Position numbers and translations under genes: made by a program. From Psammoneis japonica (taxonomy: Eukaryota), in the NCBI GenBank assembly GCA_008632985.1, contig QPGO01000053.1, positions 1-64,000 of the forward strand: a stretch of 64,000 bases of DNA. The letters run 5' to 3'. Below the pieces are notes generated by a model, which ran no database searches, was not told where the DNA came from, and saw only the letters and a program-made list of their open reading frames with translations. Of the stretch, positions 9,614 through 23,000 are shown one piece after another; the stretch's first letter is position 1, and every line of letters starts with the position of its first letter.

Positions 9614-12344
9614 TTCCTGAGGGAGCAACATTTCAAGCAAAAAAAAATGGCGAACGTCAAAGGACCTGCAAATTGCTGGTGGCCTGGCTTCAGCTTCACT
9701 CTCAGCAGCTCAAAGAGCATTCCGTTGAGACAGAGAACAGGGGAAGACTGAAGCAGATCTCCAAATGGAGTCATGTCCTGTGTCTGTTGACTGAAGTTGA
9801 GAAAATCTCTTTGCCCAATTGGGGACAATTGACAAAAGTCATGCTCCATTGGCCCAAACCACTTGCTGCAAACTGCAGCAGCACTTGGCTCCTTCTGATC
9901 CACTGAAGCAGTCTTGGTCACTTCAATGATTGCGTGCGCAACATCCTGTTTTGCCAATTGACCACATCTTCAACAAAACTTCTGCTCACGTTGTCACTTG
10001 TGGCACACTTGAGATGATGTCCAATGACAAGCCATTTGTGCTCACCCTCAGAAAATGCAAGTTTCTTCAACACAGTCACATGCTCAATTTCAATTCATTG
10101 TGCCAGGTCACTCACATGATCACCAGCAAATGGAGACACCAAAAAATTTGGGGATTGCAGAAGACAGCACACACCATCAATTGAGAGACTTCATCTTGGT
10201 GTCATGTGGGAGCGAGGCTTCATTGAGAACAAGTTGCAACAACAGGTTCCAACGGCTCTCCTCTCACAGAGAATGCATCTGCCTCATCCACAGAGATCCC
10301 AAAGCATGGAACACTGCAAAGATTTGAAGCAGGATGACAGCACATGCATGTGGGTTGGAGCAGCAGCACCAAAAAACCCTTGGCCACCGTGTGCCAAGAG
10401 AGTTTTTTGTGTCCAGAAAACTGACACATCACCACAGTTTGAGAAGCCAAATTGAGCTCATTGTTTTTGATCAAGGCAACCACAGCCGGGCAATCTCAAG
10501 CTCAGGCATTGTCGCCACACCACTCTTTGACTGTCCCCTCATTTCCTTGGCCCCTTTGGCAACAATGTGAGGGATGCACCAAGCTCTTCTCAATGTTTTC
10601 TGCAGACCATCTTCTTTTTTGGCCCCAGTTGTCATTGTGCGCTGTGTTGACCAGTCAAATGTTTGGTTCTGCTGTCCTGACAATGATCTCTTCCTGGGGT
10701 GGATTTTCAAGGAATGGCTTTCTCCACAAATGGAACATCAAAAGCATGCCACACCATGTTGGTGAAGAAAGCATGGACCAAGACAGGATTTCGGATGTCA
10801 ATTGTCAAGTTTGAGCATTGCTTTGGAGATGACATTTCACTGGGTCATGATTCCTCTGCATTGACTTGCACCATTGATTCATCACAATGGTTGTTGGAGT
10901 CCAAAGGAGCTTTCTGCTCTTCCTCAGAGGACTCACCACCTGCAAAAGGACTGCCAGCTGTCATGTTGGCAATTGCAACATTGAACTTGATTTTGTCTTT
11001 GTCCTTCTTCTTCTGCTCTTCATCCTTCTTCTTCTGCTCTCTGAAAGCCGCCTCCCAAGTTTGACCATTGCTGTTTTTCCAATCTTTTTTGCAAAACAGT
11101 TGTTGCAATGCATGTCATTGTCACAATGCTTGTGATGCCAAGAGTTTCTGCAACATGGCATTTGCGCTTGTGCACAGTGGATCAGCACTTGTTGAAAACC
11201 AGCTTGAGAGCATTCTTTTCTTTGTCCAGCACACATTGTCAAGGTGAAGTGTTGTTTCACTCCACGTCCCTTGTTCAATTCTTTCTTGCCATTGAGAAAG
11301 TGTGTCTGACATTCTTTGCTTTCAGCCAAATCATTCTCATTTGGCTTGAGGGTTGTGAAAGCCAGAGCACAGTGCTTTTCTTCTGTGCAATGCTGCAGGC
11401 AGTCATTGTCTGCAACAATGATCTCAGAGTGAATGAGAGAACCCAAGGAAGTCAGAAACATTGGATGCTGCAGCTGGCCATCAGAGGGAGGCTGATGGCT
11501 GGCTGGCATTGCGTTCACCAGCCAAGGGGCATGGTGGATCAGAAGTGGGTTGGAAAGGGACACAAAGAGGATCACAAAGGGATTGCAAAGGGATCACAAG
11601 GGATCATTCTTGCATTGAATTTTGCAGATGTGAAGGGGCGCGAAACATTCTTGTGAGGGGGGATGACATCTTCTCTTGGCAACTTCAGCAATGCTGGGGG
11701 GTCCTTTGGCAAAACTTTCAATGAAGTGCATGACAGGCACTGAGGGCCTGGACATCTTCCATGATGAGATTCGCAGCTGCGCTCCGGAGCAGGACTGCCA
11801 GCGTGCTTTGCACACCACAGCTTTGAGGTGAACAAGAAGAAGGCCACCGAGGATGACAAGAAGGCTGCCCCTGACCAACTGCCCCTGCAAGGAAACATTG
11901 GAGAGCCATTCAAAGGTGCCATGAAGCATGAGCAGCACATGTGAAGTCGGAGAAGGAAGGTCATGAAGGTGTGATTGGAGGCATTTCAATTTGCAATGTA
12001 ACACACACAGCAGGATCTGCCAGTTGGATTTCTTGTCACCTGTTGATTTCCATTTGCTGCAAATTGAATGCTCTCTCTAGAGAGTGGAGCAGGGCTGCTG
12101 CACTCTAAAAAACGATGACAGCGGCGGAAACTGGAAGCCATGTTTTTTACTGTTCGGATTTTGAATTTGTCGTTTCAGATTTTGACATTGGTCAAAATCT
12201 GTTTTTCCGCCCCATGTGGGCTATGCCCACCAACATGCTGAAATCACGCGTTGCGCGGATTAATTACCGTATCCAAAATGGCGTTGTTGTTGCACTGCCA
12301 ACAGCCAAGGCTAGCCATCCACCTCGATCGCTGCTATTGTAATT

Positions 12345-14454
12345 ATGACTGAGCGGAGGTGCTTGACTCTTTCAGTGTTTCTATCTGTCATTTTATTTAC
12401 AAGCAGTGGTTTTACAAGAGCTGCACATCATGAAGCAGCAGCATGCCGACGGAGATCGGTCGCATGTTTTGCGGCACAGCAGACTCACCAGCAAAACTCA
12501 AAGAAAGACTACGACTTGATTGTCATTGGCGCGGGTGCATCCGGAATGTTTGCAGCTGGTACCGCTAGTATGTTGGGTTCGAAAACATTGGTGTTGGAAG
12601 AATCTTTTGTGCTGGGTGGCGACTGTACAAACTTTGCCTGTGTGCCGTCCAAGGCCGTGCGCTCGATTGCAAACGTGGCCGTGAAATCAGCAGGCATCGA
12701 GGACTGTACAAAAGCAGGAACAACAAATTGGTTGGACACGGCACAACAACATGCATACGACACAGTCCAAGCTGTGAGTAAGCGTGAAGATCCCAAAGAT
12801 GTTGCAGAAAGAAATCCCAACCTGACGGTACAGTTTGTCGAATCGTGTCGGTTCGTCTCCTCTCATGAAATTGAGTTTGTGCCTGTAAAGAAACTCAACG
12901 AGTCATTCCAAAGAGCAAACTACAACAGTCGTCAGCAGCAAGAAATTCCCAATTGCAACAGGTGCATCACCCACAGTCCCTTCCCACCTGGCAGAACAGG
13001 CGGAGGCCGCAGGCATTCCTGTCTTCACATGTCGTTCCATTCTCAATCCTTGCTTCGCTGGAGACGGAAATGCTGCCTCAATGTGGCAGTTGCCACAACA
13101 ACAATCCAGCATGAAAAGAAACTTGATCGTTGCAGGTGGCGGACCGACTGCGTGTGAACTCGGACAGGCCGTGGCAAGATTGGCCAAGGCCGCAAACGCC
13201 ACGGTTGACATTGCAATTGTGGCACCAACGACATTGCCACGACAAGACGTGGCGTTACGACACGCGGCAATGAAGCTTCTAGTCCATGACGGTGTTTGAT
13301 TGATTCTTGGTCAGCGTGTGACAGAAGTCATGCCCAACAACAGCTCTGACAGCACCTGTTCGGCAACTGTTGAACGCGGCGAGAATGATGAACAACAGAA
13401 GAAGATGGACAATGTGATTGGCTTGGTTTTGTGCATGGGTCGAAGTCCTAAATCATCGCTGCTAGACTGAATCTGGATGCTGCAGATATCAAATGGACAG
13501 ATCGAGACGGTGTCGTGGTGGACAAGTATACCTTGGCATCTCCTTCTGCCAAGCACGTGTATGCGTGTGGTGACTGTTGTTCCGCCACTCAAAACAGTCG
13601 CACGGCAGCTCATGCCGGATGGACTGGGTTTCATGCCGCGCGTAATACTGTTCTGCCATCGTGGCTCTTGTTTCCGAGGTTTCTTGGGAGACGAAAGGCT
13701 TCTGTTCACCAACATGTGCCGAGCGTGACGTTTACACATCCAGAACTTGCGTCCGTTGGATTGTCTCTTGCCGATTGTGTAAGAAAGTACGGAGTTGACG
13801 GATTCGATTGTTTGAATATAGCAGAAAAAGGCAATATGGATAGGGCCGACATGGAGCGATTGGAACGCTTTACCAGTCCGAGCTTTATCGAGCTTCGTGC
13901 AACCAATACGGGAAGGTGCTGGGAATGACGTGTTGTAGTCCAGTTGGATCGGAATTGGCAAATGAAGTGGGACTAGTGTTGGAACATGGCATGACAGTGA
14001 CTGACATTGCACGAGCAATTCATTCGTACCCCTCCCACGGATACATGCTTCATCGAATGGCACTCGCGTTGGCAACCAAGGACACTGTGTGCTTGGCGGA
14101 AGCTGCTGGTGGTCCTTTGGGTAACGTGATCGGGAAAGTTGCAAAAAGGATTCTTCAAACACGTGATACTATCAAGAATAGTTTAGTACCACAGAAACGA
14201 CGGCGAGCCAAGCGGCAACGTGATTGGGAAGCAGCCGGCGTCGACAAGGCCATAATGCTGTTGAGAAACACTGGTGAGGGCGAGAAGAGTGTGTTGGATG
14301 CTTCCAACATAACCATATGGAATTGGTTTCTTTTCTGCAGTTGAAGAAAAATAGTACCATTGAAAGCGAGATATCCCATCAATCAGCAATGACATGGACG
14401 TCCAAAGACGAGAAACTAGAGTTTAGAAATTGGATGGAAAGAAAGCCAATCTGA
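12345..14454 (+). pseudogene. Class I pyridine nucleotide-disulfide oxidoreductase (mercuric reductase/dihydrolipoamide dehydrogenase-like), disrupted
   Basis: Motifs IGAGASG, GGDCTNFACVPSK, GGGPTACELG, VYACGDC, VTFTHPELASVG, IHSYPSHG. Several frameshifts and an in-frame TGA at 13297-13299. Confidence 0.8.
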
Positions 14455-14733
14455 AGTAGACCTTGGGTATATACGTATTCATTAGCGAATAGTGACGTCG
14501 CTTTTTCCTACTGGTACGCCCATGGTCAGTATTACCACACGTATGTAGATCCTCATACAGATCCTACGGCTCAATCCTCTTCGGCTTCTGCCGCCATTTT
14601 TGTCGGAGGGAAGATGGAAGATTCATACTTTCTGCTTTTATTCATCGGCAGAACCGACAGGCAACAGCTCTAAAGGCTATTGCTTTGTTTTGTTGGTTTT
14701 GTAACCTCGCTTTGCCTTTATCATATACGAACC

Positions 14734-16631
14734 ATGTCGGCCTCTAAGCATGACCACTCGTTGCTGATTCTCGTTTCAAGTGTGGTGGCGTCCAGTGTCC
14801 TCACATATGTGACGACGCAATTCATTCAGAAAAAGCAAGAGGAAGCCAAGCTCAGTCGAGAATACGAGAAGAGAACTCTAGATCTTAAGGCCAAGGCACT
14901 GGTCCAAAAGGAAAAAGGCGAGCCCATGGGAAATCTAATCACCGATGTCAGTATTGATGATGTTTACCTATGGGAAGTCGAACACCTGAGTCACCGATTT
15001 CCTTCCAGCTTCAAGGGCGAATCCAACACCATGAAGGGTACGACAGGAGCAACCTCGAGACCTCTGGAACGTCGTGGTTCCGAGAAAGCTGCGTTTTTCC
15101 AGACCATGTCGTCCAGCTTTTATGCGTCGTCCCCTCCAGAGCAGCACACGACAGACTATAATAAGCTGATTGAAGTGAATGAGTGTGTATTGGCTGATTT
15201 AGTACGTAAGCCTCTAGATGAAGCCCATGTAATGGCCGGAAAAAAGCAAACAACGTGCGCCTATATCCGTGCAGGACCACGTAAGAAGTTGCACTTTGAC
15301 CCTGCCAAAGTCAATGCCGCCATTGTCACGTGTGGAGGTTTGTGCCCCGGATTGAACAATGTGGTGCGTGAAATTACAAACACGCTCTTTCAACTCTATG
15401 GAGTGCAGGGCAAGGTTTGGGGCGTTCGAGGTGGATACAAGGGATTTCACAAGGATTCTTCCATGAAGCCCATTGCTCTCACTCCGGATTTGGTGAGCGA
15501 TATTCATCAGCAGGGAGGAACTGTGCTGTGTTCGTCTCGGGGCGGATTTGATCTGGATACGATTATTGGCTTTCTCAAGGATAACAAGATCAGTCAACTA
15601 TACGTAATTGGCGGGGACGGTACTCATCGTGGTGCATTCGCAATCCATGAAGGGTGTATGGAACGCGTAAGTGTGGGGTTCTATGGTCTATTGTCTTCCG
15701 AATTCTCTTGTATCGTAATGCCTGGTCTCACTGTTGCCTGTGATTACCGGTACGCACTATCGCAGGGTCTAAATGTCGCAGTCGCCGGCATTCCCAAACC
15801 ATTGACAACGACGTTGACTACATTGACCGCTCGTTTGGATTTCTTCCGCCGTCGAAGCGGCACAGGGCGCCATTCGCTCCGCCAAGACGGAGGCAACCTG
15901 CAATCTCCCAAACGGCATTGGTATCGTCAAGCTCATGGGTCGCTCGTCTGGCTTTATCGCGGCACATGCCACCATGGCATCCGGTAGTGTCGACTTGTGC
16001 TTGGTACCCGAAGTCCCCATTGTTCTGGAGGGTGACGATGGTTGCCTTCCTCATTTGATGCGTCGAGTAAAAGAGCAGGGATTTGCAGTCGTTGTCGTTG
16101 CCGAGGGTGCTGGAGAGGAATTGTTGGGCACGTCTGCACAGACCGATGCCAGTGGCAACAAGAAGCTCCCAAAGATTGGTGAATTCATGAAGACAAAGAT
16201 CGAGGAGTTCTTTGCCGGAAGTGGAGAGACTGCAACTGTCAAGTAAGTAGAAGTGGGCCCGCGTTATGTATTTTTCCGTTTATGCAATCTCCAGACTAAA
16301 CCTTTTCTTCTCTTTCCCAATTGCTTTCAGATACATTGATCCTTCCTACATGATCCGATCGATTCCTGCCAATGCTGCTGACAGTCTTTACTGTATGCAG
16401 CTTGCACAGAACGCTGTTCATGGTGCCATGGCTGGATTCACGGGTTTCACCGTTGGCCTTTGCAACAATCGCATGGTGTTCTTGCCCATTCCCGAACTCG
16501 TGTCGACCTCACCACGCGTTATGAATCCGTGGGGCCGCACTTGGGAACGTGTCTTGGCTGTCACTCGTCAACCCAACACGACGCCCAAGCATGCTGTCCC
16601 GTACGCGTCCCACGAACCAACCTTGAGGTAA
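14734..16631 (+). CDS. PFK: 6-phosphofructokinase (plant/protist PFK type), 2 introns (15667-15765, 16243-16330)
   Basis: Motifs AIVTCGGLCPGLN, GGDGT, GIPK(T)IDND, MGRSSG, YIDPSYMIRS. Apparent 1-nt indels near 15800 and 15842. Confidence 0.93.
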
Positions 16632-16805
16632 TGTGTAGCAAGTAGCAGCCTTGTGTTTAAATGGTAACACCTATTGTATTCTAAGGTAGGCTTGGTAAGA
16701 ATGATTCATTGTTCGAGAAAGCAGTTTACATTAAGAACCTCCACAATAATCTTAAAATAAACTGCCACCATCCCCATCCCTCTAGCTACTAACAAGAAGA
16801 AAAAG

Positions 16806-18343
16806 CTAATGCTCTTCATCCTCTTGTTTTGAATTTTGTACAATAGGATTCTTCCAGAGTTCCTGCAGCCGCACAACGACGGCTGTAATATCATCCCGAT
16901 AGCTCCCCTCTTCCTCGTGCCATTTCGCAGCCGCAGCTTCAATAAGTTTCTGACAAGCCTTGGTAGAACCTCCACCCGCTTCCAGGCTGTCCGAAACGAT
17001 ATCCACAGCTTCTTGCGATGACACGAATTCCCATACCCCATCAGTGGCAACAATCAACAAGTCGTCTTGGCTTGATACTGAGTGTGTCGTGACGACTGGC
17101 TCGGCAATCACGCCCACCTCCTTGACGGCATGGTCGCCAATGGATCGTGACATGGCCAAGCCAATCATGCTATGGGCACAGTCTAACCATACACGCGCCG
17201 ACAAGCCTTCCTCTGGCGGTGCCGACACGAATCCACCAGCACCTTCAATTCGGCTTTGCTCTTCCGGCAAATCTGGATTCTGATCCACAGTCAAGTCTTG
17301 TGATGTCCATACGGTTCTTCCTTGTGTATTGGTACCCCGCTTCCCCAAAACGGCACGTGAATCACCCGTGTTGGCAATGGACAAGATGTTGTCACGAAGC
17401 AACGCCACACACGCTGTAGTTCCTGCATAGATTGGTTGAATCAACGCTTCGTCTTCCAATGCATTATCGACGGCATCAAAGGTTTCCTTAAAGGCGTTTT
17501 CGATATTGTCCTTGAAATTGGCATGCAATTCGAGCCTCCGCGGCACTTCGTGCACGGCATATTGCGATACCAACTCTCCACCTTGGCCATGCCCATCAAA
17601 GACACCAAAGAGTGCCGTACGAGACGAGTTGCCATAGGGAAAGACGACACAGGCGCGGTCCTGATTAATCTTGGCAGTGGTAGAAGGCTGCTCTTCTTCT
17701 TCTTCATCGTCGTCTCCTTCTGTCGAGTCCTTTTCTTCTGTATTGACTCGGAATACTTTTTCTCCTACTGGAATCCAATCATCATCTTCTTCTTCTTCCT
17801 CCTCATCTGGTTCTTTTTCGTACTCACTATCATAGACTGGTTCAATGCCGTGACAGGAAAAGGTCGCCACAATGTCTCCAGGAAACGGAAGAGTATCTTT
17901 TCCCTTGCTCAAGTGTCGCTTCTTCCAAGCCGGACGTACATTGTCTTTTTGCTCTACTTCTGCCGGTGCAAACGGCCCCTTGTACAAGCGATGATTAGGT
18001 GTGCTGGAGGGGGACGAAAAGCGTCGCATAATTTCTCCCGCATGCAAGACACGACTTTTCAAAGTCTCCTTTTGAGGAGTAGACGACGACTCGGTTCGTG
18101 CGGCTTTTCTGGTCTGGGCGATGCTTCTTCGGATGCATCACTCGCGACGGCTACTCCCAGTTGATGCCTCGCGAGAGTTAAACGTCGCTTACGGAAACTA
18201 TGACTCTTGTCCGTTTTTTCGGGAGTCATTGATTCGATTGCAGGAGTTGCTTCTTTTTCAGAAGACGGAGAGGTTGGTGATTCCATGGTGTTTGTTTTTG
18301 TGCTTGGTAACAAGGTTGTTGTGGTGCTGTTGTCAGTAGTCAT
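16806..18343 (-). CDS. PP2C (PPM-type) protein phosphatase
   Basis: Motifs NQDR, FGVFDGHG, ANTGDSRA, GLAMSRSIGD, ATDGVWE, DDIT. The N-terminal ORF 18343..18059 joins via a probable 1-nt indel near 18110. Confidence 0.92.
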
Positions 18344-18953
18344 GCTCGGCTTACGCAGAAGAAAGTAAAACGCTGAACTTTATGACTGACTTTGAATCAG
18401 TTCTCTCGACTATCAAAACTATCTACTGCTTTATGATCAGTCAAGATGCTTGCGATAGAAAGGAGATAAGAACTAACACGGGTCTTGCTCTCGAGGGTCA
18501 CTCGTCATTGATGTTGCCGTGTTCAAGCCGACGTGTGGTTCATGCTTCATGCGTGTCGCAGTTTGCCCTTGAAGTTTTTCGATTCGGCATTCTTGACGTC
18601 GACATTCTCGGTTTGAATTTATACTGGTTCCCGTCGTAGGATTCCACGTATGTAGGGGCATTAATGTAGAGACATACCGGAGCTTTTGGATATATGTTAT
18701 TATATATATAAAGAATGAATATTCTGGATGCACCTCATTTTTGTTTCAAAAATTCGCGGCGCCATCTGTCTGCTGGCACAACGAACCATGAGTAGCAATC
18801 AACAAAGTTCAACAGACTACAGACCGACACGGGAATGTGCTAAGCGCCTCTTTTGTTTCCTTGCATTGTCTCTTGATTGTTCGTCGACAGAGTTCTTTTC
18901 TGAAAAACTTTGCCGTTCGCAAGAACATTGATTTTAGAAAGCAACCTAACATA

Positions 18954-19235
18954 ATGCATCCGTTGGTTCGAGATTTATACAAACGCGTCTTGTACGTTGC
19001 ACGAGACTACCCCATGGATATCAATAAAGTCAAGTCGAAATGGAAAGGAGCGATACGAAATCCAGACAATTGTCCTGCCTGTGTCGAGAATCCGTCGTCA
19101 CGACAATGTCAAGCCGAAATCAAACGCGCTGTAGCAAAGGGACGGCATTTTGTCAAGGAAATGATTGGAATTATTCAACTCAAAAAGTATCGAGCCATGA
19201 AACAACGTTATAATGGAAAACAAGACATGATTTGA
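18954..19235 (+). CDS. LYR-motif protein, ETFRF1/LYRM5-like
   Basis: LYKRVLYVARDYP...LKKYRAMKQRY matches the ETFRF1 pattern. Confidence 0.8.
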   Translation: MHPLVRDLYKRVLYVARDYPMDINKVKSKWKGAIRNPDNCPACVENPSSRQCQAEIKRAVAKGRHFVKEMIGIIQLKKYRAMKQRYNGKQDMI

Positions 19236-20069
19236 ATAGAGCCATGGCCAACTTGGAAAACAATGCAACGAGACAATAGAAGAACGGGGATGCTGATACA
19301 TAGATACCGGAATTGAACAAGTCCAGGTTTCTGTTGTGCTTACTCCACAAACTTAGAGAGCTCGTAGTTTTTGGTATAGTAATCAGCTTATAGAACGATC
19401 AAGTGCAGTTTGAAGATACGGAAGAAAAAAGCCTTGGCTTCTTGCAGGATCTATGGAAAGACGCCCTCTCCGCGACTGGGACTCCCCTGGGTTTCAGCCA
19501 ACATTGGCTAGATGCTAAGTAAAGATTATTAGTACGAATGATCACTTTGTCGACATCTCATCGCTACTACGCTCTAAATAATGCCATGTACAACAAAATT
19601 ATCTTGACAAGGGGACGACGCCACAAGCCAAGAGACTATCAATCGCGAACTGTTCGCACATTTCCGCCGTTCAAGGCTTCGTGGTCTCATTGACGGAATC
19701 AGCATGTCTTACCTCGACGATAGCTTCTGGTTCTGGGATGCTATGCGCAAAATCGTCGACAGTGGTCGGTACCGGTCTTGGTTTCGTCCCGTGTATGCAG
19801 AGTCGGCGCCTATTGAATTATCTCTCTACTGCGAGACTAGAGAGGTAATATGAGCAAACTGGCGCTATCAAGTGACTTCATCATGTCTCTGGTATCTTCT
19901 AAAATAAAAATGCCGGGTAGGTTAAATGCCCGACCCAAATCGAATGACTCTAGTACGAATGACACCACCCTCAAGGTCAAAATCCTTCGTTGGTACAACC
20001 TGACGCCTCCGTCGACAATACGGTAGCTTCCTCACGTTCGATATAGCCGAGTCGTAGCTTGGCCATATC

Positions 20070-23000
20070 TTACAAACATGTACCATCAACGCAGGAACCT
20101 GATTGGCAGAGGCTATTTGTTGTGCATGGTTCTCCGGACAGTTGCTGAGACTGGCAAAAGGAAAGCGAGCTCGACGACCAAGGAATGCTTGTCGAGGAAA
20201 CGAAAACGTCACCGCTTGGACAGCAAACGAGCTCGGCAGCAGCCGAAAACTTTTCAAATGCACAAGTATTCAGAAGGCAGTCGGAATCATCGTCACAAGA
20301 ACCGAAATTGGCGACAGCTGAACCGACGCAAGCACCGTTAACGCAATGACCACTCTGGCACAAGTTGTTGCGGGGACAGGTTCGTTCACGGGCTGTTGAC
20401 GTTGGCAGAAAGTAAGTGACGAACTGGACCAAGGTATATCCGATGAAGATATGAACTGCTCCCCGTTTGGACAGCACACAAGTTCCGCCGCCTCGGAGAA
20501 ATTCCCGTATCCGCATTGGTTGCTAGAACAGTCGCTGTCGTCGTCGCACTTTCCTAAATCTCCAACAATGCTTGCTACACAAGCGCCATTGACGCATTGG
20601 CCACTTTGGCATAGGTTGTTTCTAGGACACGGCTCATTCACCGGCTGCTGGCGTTGACAGAAGTTAAGCGAGGAACTGGACCATGGTATGCTCGATGCAA
20701 ATATAGACTGCTCCCCGTTTGGACAACACACACGTTCTGCCGCCTCAGAGAAATTTCCGAAACCGCATTGGTTACTAGAACAGTCGCTGTCGTCGTCACA
20801 CTTTCCTAAATCTCCAACTTTTCCCGCCACGCATGCACCGTTAACACATTGGCCACTCTGGCACAAGCTGTTGCGGGGACATGGTTCATTCGCCGGCTGC
20901 TGACGTTGGCAGAAATTTAGCGAGGAACTGGACCAGGGTATATCCGATGCAGAAATGAACTGCTCCCCGTTTGGGCAGCACAGAAGTTCTGCCGCCTCGG
21001 AAAAATTCCCGTAACCGCATTGGGCGCTAGAACAGTCGCTGTCGTCGTCGCACTTGCCCAAATCTCCAACAATGCTTGCTACACAAGCACCGTTGACGCA
21101 TTGGCCACTTTGGCACAAGTTGTTGCGGGGACATGGTTCATTCACTGGCTGCTGACGTTGGCAGAAAGTGAGCGAAGAGCTGGACCATGGTATGCTCGAT
21201 GCAAATATAGACTGCTCCCCGTCTGGACAGCACACAAGCTCTGCCGCCTCGGAGAAATTTCCGTAACCGCATTGACTAGTAGCACAGTCCGAATCATCAT
21301 CGCATGGCTCTAATTCTGAAGCAACGGACTCCGCACATCTGCCGTTCACGCATTGACCACTCTGGCACAGGCTGTTTCTAGGACACGGCTCATTCACCGG
21401 CTGCTGGCGTTGACAGAAGTTCAGAGAGGAACTGGACCAAGGTATATCCGATGCCGATAAGAATTGCTCTCCGTTTGGACAGCACACAAGCTCCGCCGCC
21501 TCGGAGAAATTCCCATAACCGCATTGACTAGTAGAACAGTCCGAATCATCATCGCATGGTTCTAATTCTGAAGCCACGGACTCCGCACATCGGCCATTGA
21601 CGCATTGGCCACTTTGGCACAAGTTGTTGCGGGGACATGGTTCATTCACTGGCTGCTGACGTTGGCAGAAAGTGAGCGAAGAGCTGGACCATGGTATGCT
21701 CGATGCAAATATAGACTGCTCCCCGTCTGGACAGCACACAAGCTCTGCCGCTTCGGAGAAATTTCCGTAACCGCATTGACTAGTAGCACAGTCCGAATCA
21801 TCATCGCATGGCTCTAATTCTGAAGCAACGGACTCCGCACATCTGCCATTGACGCATTGACCACTCTGGCACAAGTTGTTTCTAGGACACGGCTCATTCA
21901 CCGGTTGTTGGCGCTGGCAGAAGTTAAGCGAAGAACTGGACCATGGTATGTCTGACGCGGATATCAACTGTTCCCCATTTGGACAACACACAAGTTCTGC
22001 CACCTCGGAGAAATTTCCGTATCCGCATTGATTACTTGAACAGTCAGTGTCGTCGTCGCACTTTCCTAAATCTGCAACTATTCCCGCCACGCATGCACCG
22101 TTAACACATTGACCACTCTGGCACAAGTTGTTGCGAGGACATGGTTCATTCGCCGGCTGCTGACGCTGGCAGAAAGTAAGCGAAGAACTGGACCAAGGTA
22201 TATCCGATGAAGATATGAACTGCTCCCCGTTTGGACAACACACACGCTCTGCCGCCTCGGAGAAGTTTCCGAAACCGCATTGGTTACTAGAACAGTCCGA
22301 ATCATCATCACATGGCCCCAGTTCAGACGCAATAGACTCCGCACATCTGCCGTTGACGCATTGACCACTTTCGCACAAGTTGTTTCTTGGACACGGCTCA
22401 TTCACCGGCTGCTGACGTTGGCAGAAGTTAAGCGAGGAACTGGACCAAGGTATATCCGATGCAGATATGAACTGCTCCCCGTTTGGACAGCACACAAGCT
22501 CTGCCGCCTCAGAGAAATTTCCAAAACCGCATTGACTACTAGAACAGTCCGAATCATCATCGCAGTTTCCTAAGTCTCCCACAATGCTTGCTACACAAGC
22601 ACCGTTGACGCATTGGCCACTTTGGCACAAGTTGTTTCTAGGACACGGCTCGCCCGCAGGAACCTGTCGCTGACAGAAATTCAACGAGGAAGAGGACCAT
22701 GGTATGTCAGTTGAAGATACAAATTGCTCCCCAGTTGGACAGCACGCAAGCTCCGCCGTTTGAGAGAACGTATTGAAAGCGCAGACGTTGCTCTGGCAGT
22801 CGCTGTCATCATCGCATGCACCAAGATTCGAAACGATGGTAGCCGTGCAAGCACCGTTTACACAGTGACTGCTCTGGCACAAATTGTTGTGGACGCAGGC
22901 TTGTCCTTCTGTTTGTTGAAGTTGGCAGAAGAATAAGGAAGCTGAAGACCATGGAATGCTTGTCGACGATATTCTTATTTCCCCGCTTGGGCAGCAAACA

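Larger units (their letters stand above)
5192..12110. mobile_element. Heavily decayed TE/repeat domain depleted of TpA and CpG
   Basis: Only about a dozen TA dinucleotides in ~6.8 kb, with strong TG/CA excess. Spurious Cys/His/Trp/Gln-rich ORFs occur in all frames. Contains internal repeats. Confidence 0.75.

Noticed and set aside
5192..12100. Dozens of overlapping 60-230 aa ORFs
   Set aside because: They are an artefact of TAA/TAG loss in TpA-depleted DNA, and no family motifs were recognised.
15790..15850. Frameshifts in PFK, and similarly in PP2C, TrmH, DnaJ, M11, the hydrolase and the repeat protein, as pseudogenes or programmed frameshifts
   Set aside because: They are scattered 1-nt indels, often in short homopolymers, in otherwise conserved genes; most likely consensus errors. 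Reads are needed to confirm.
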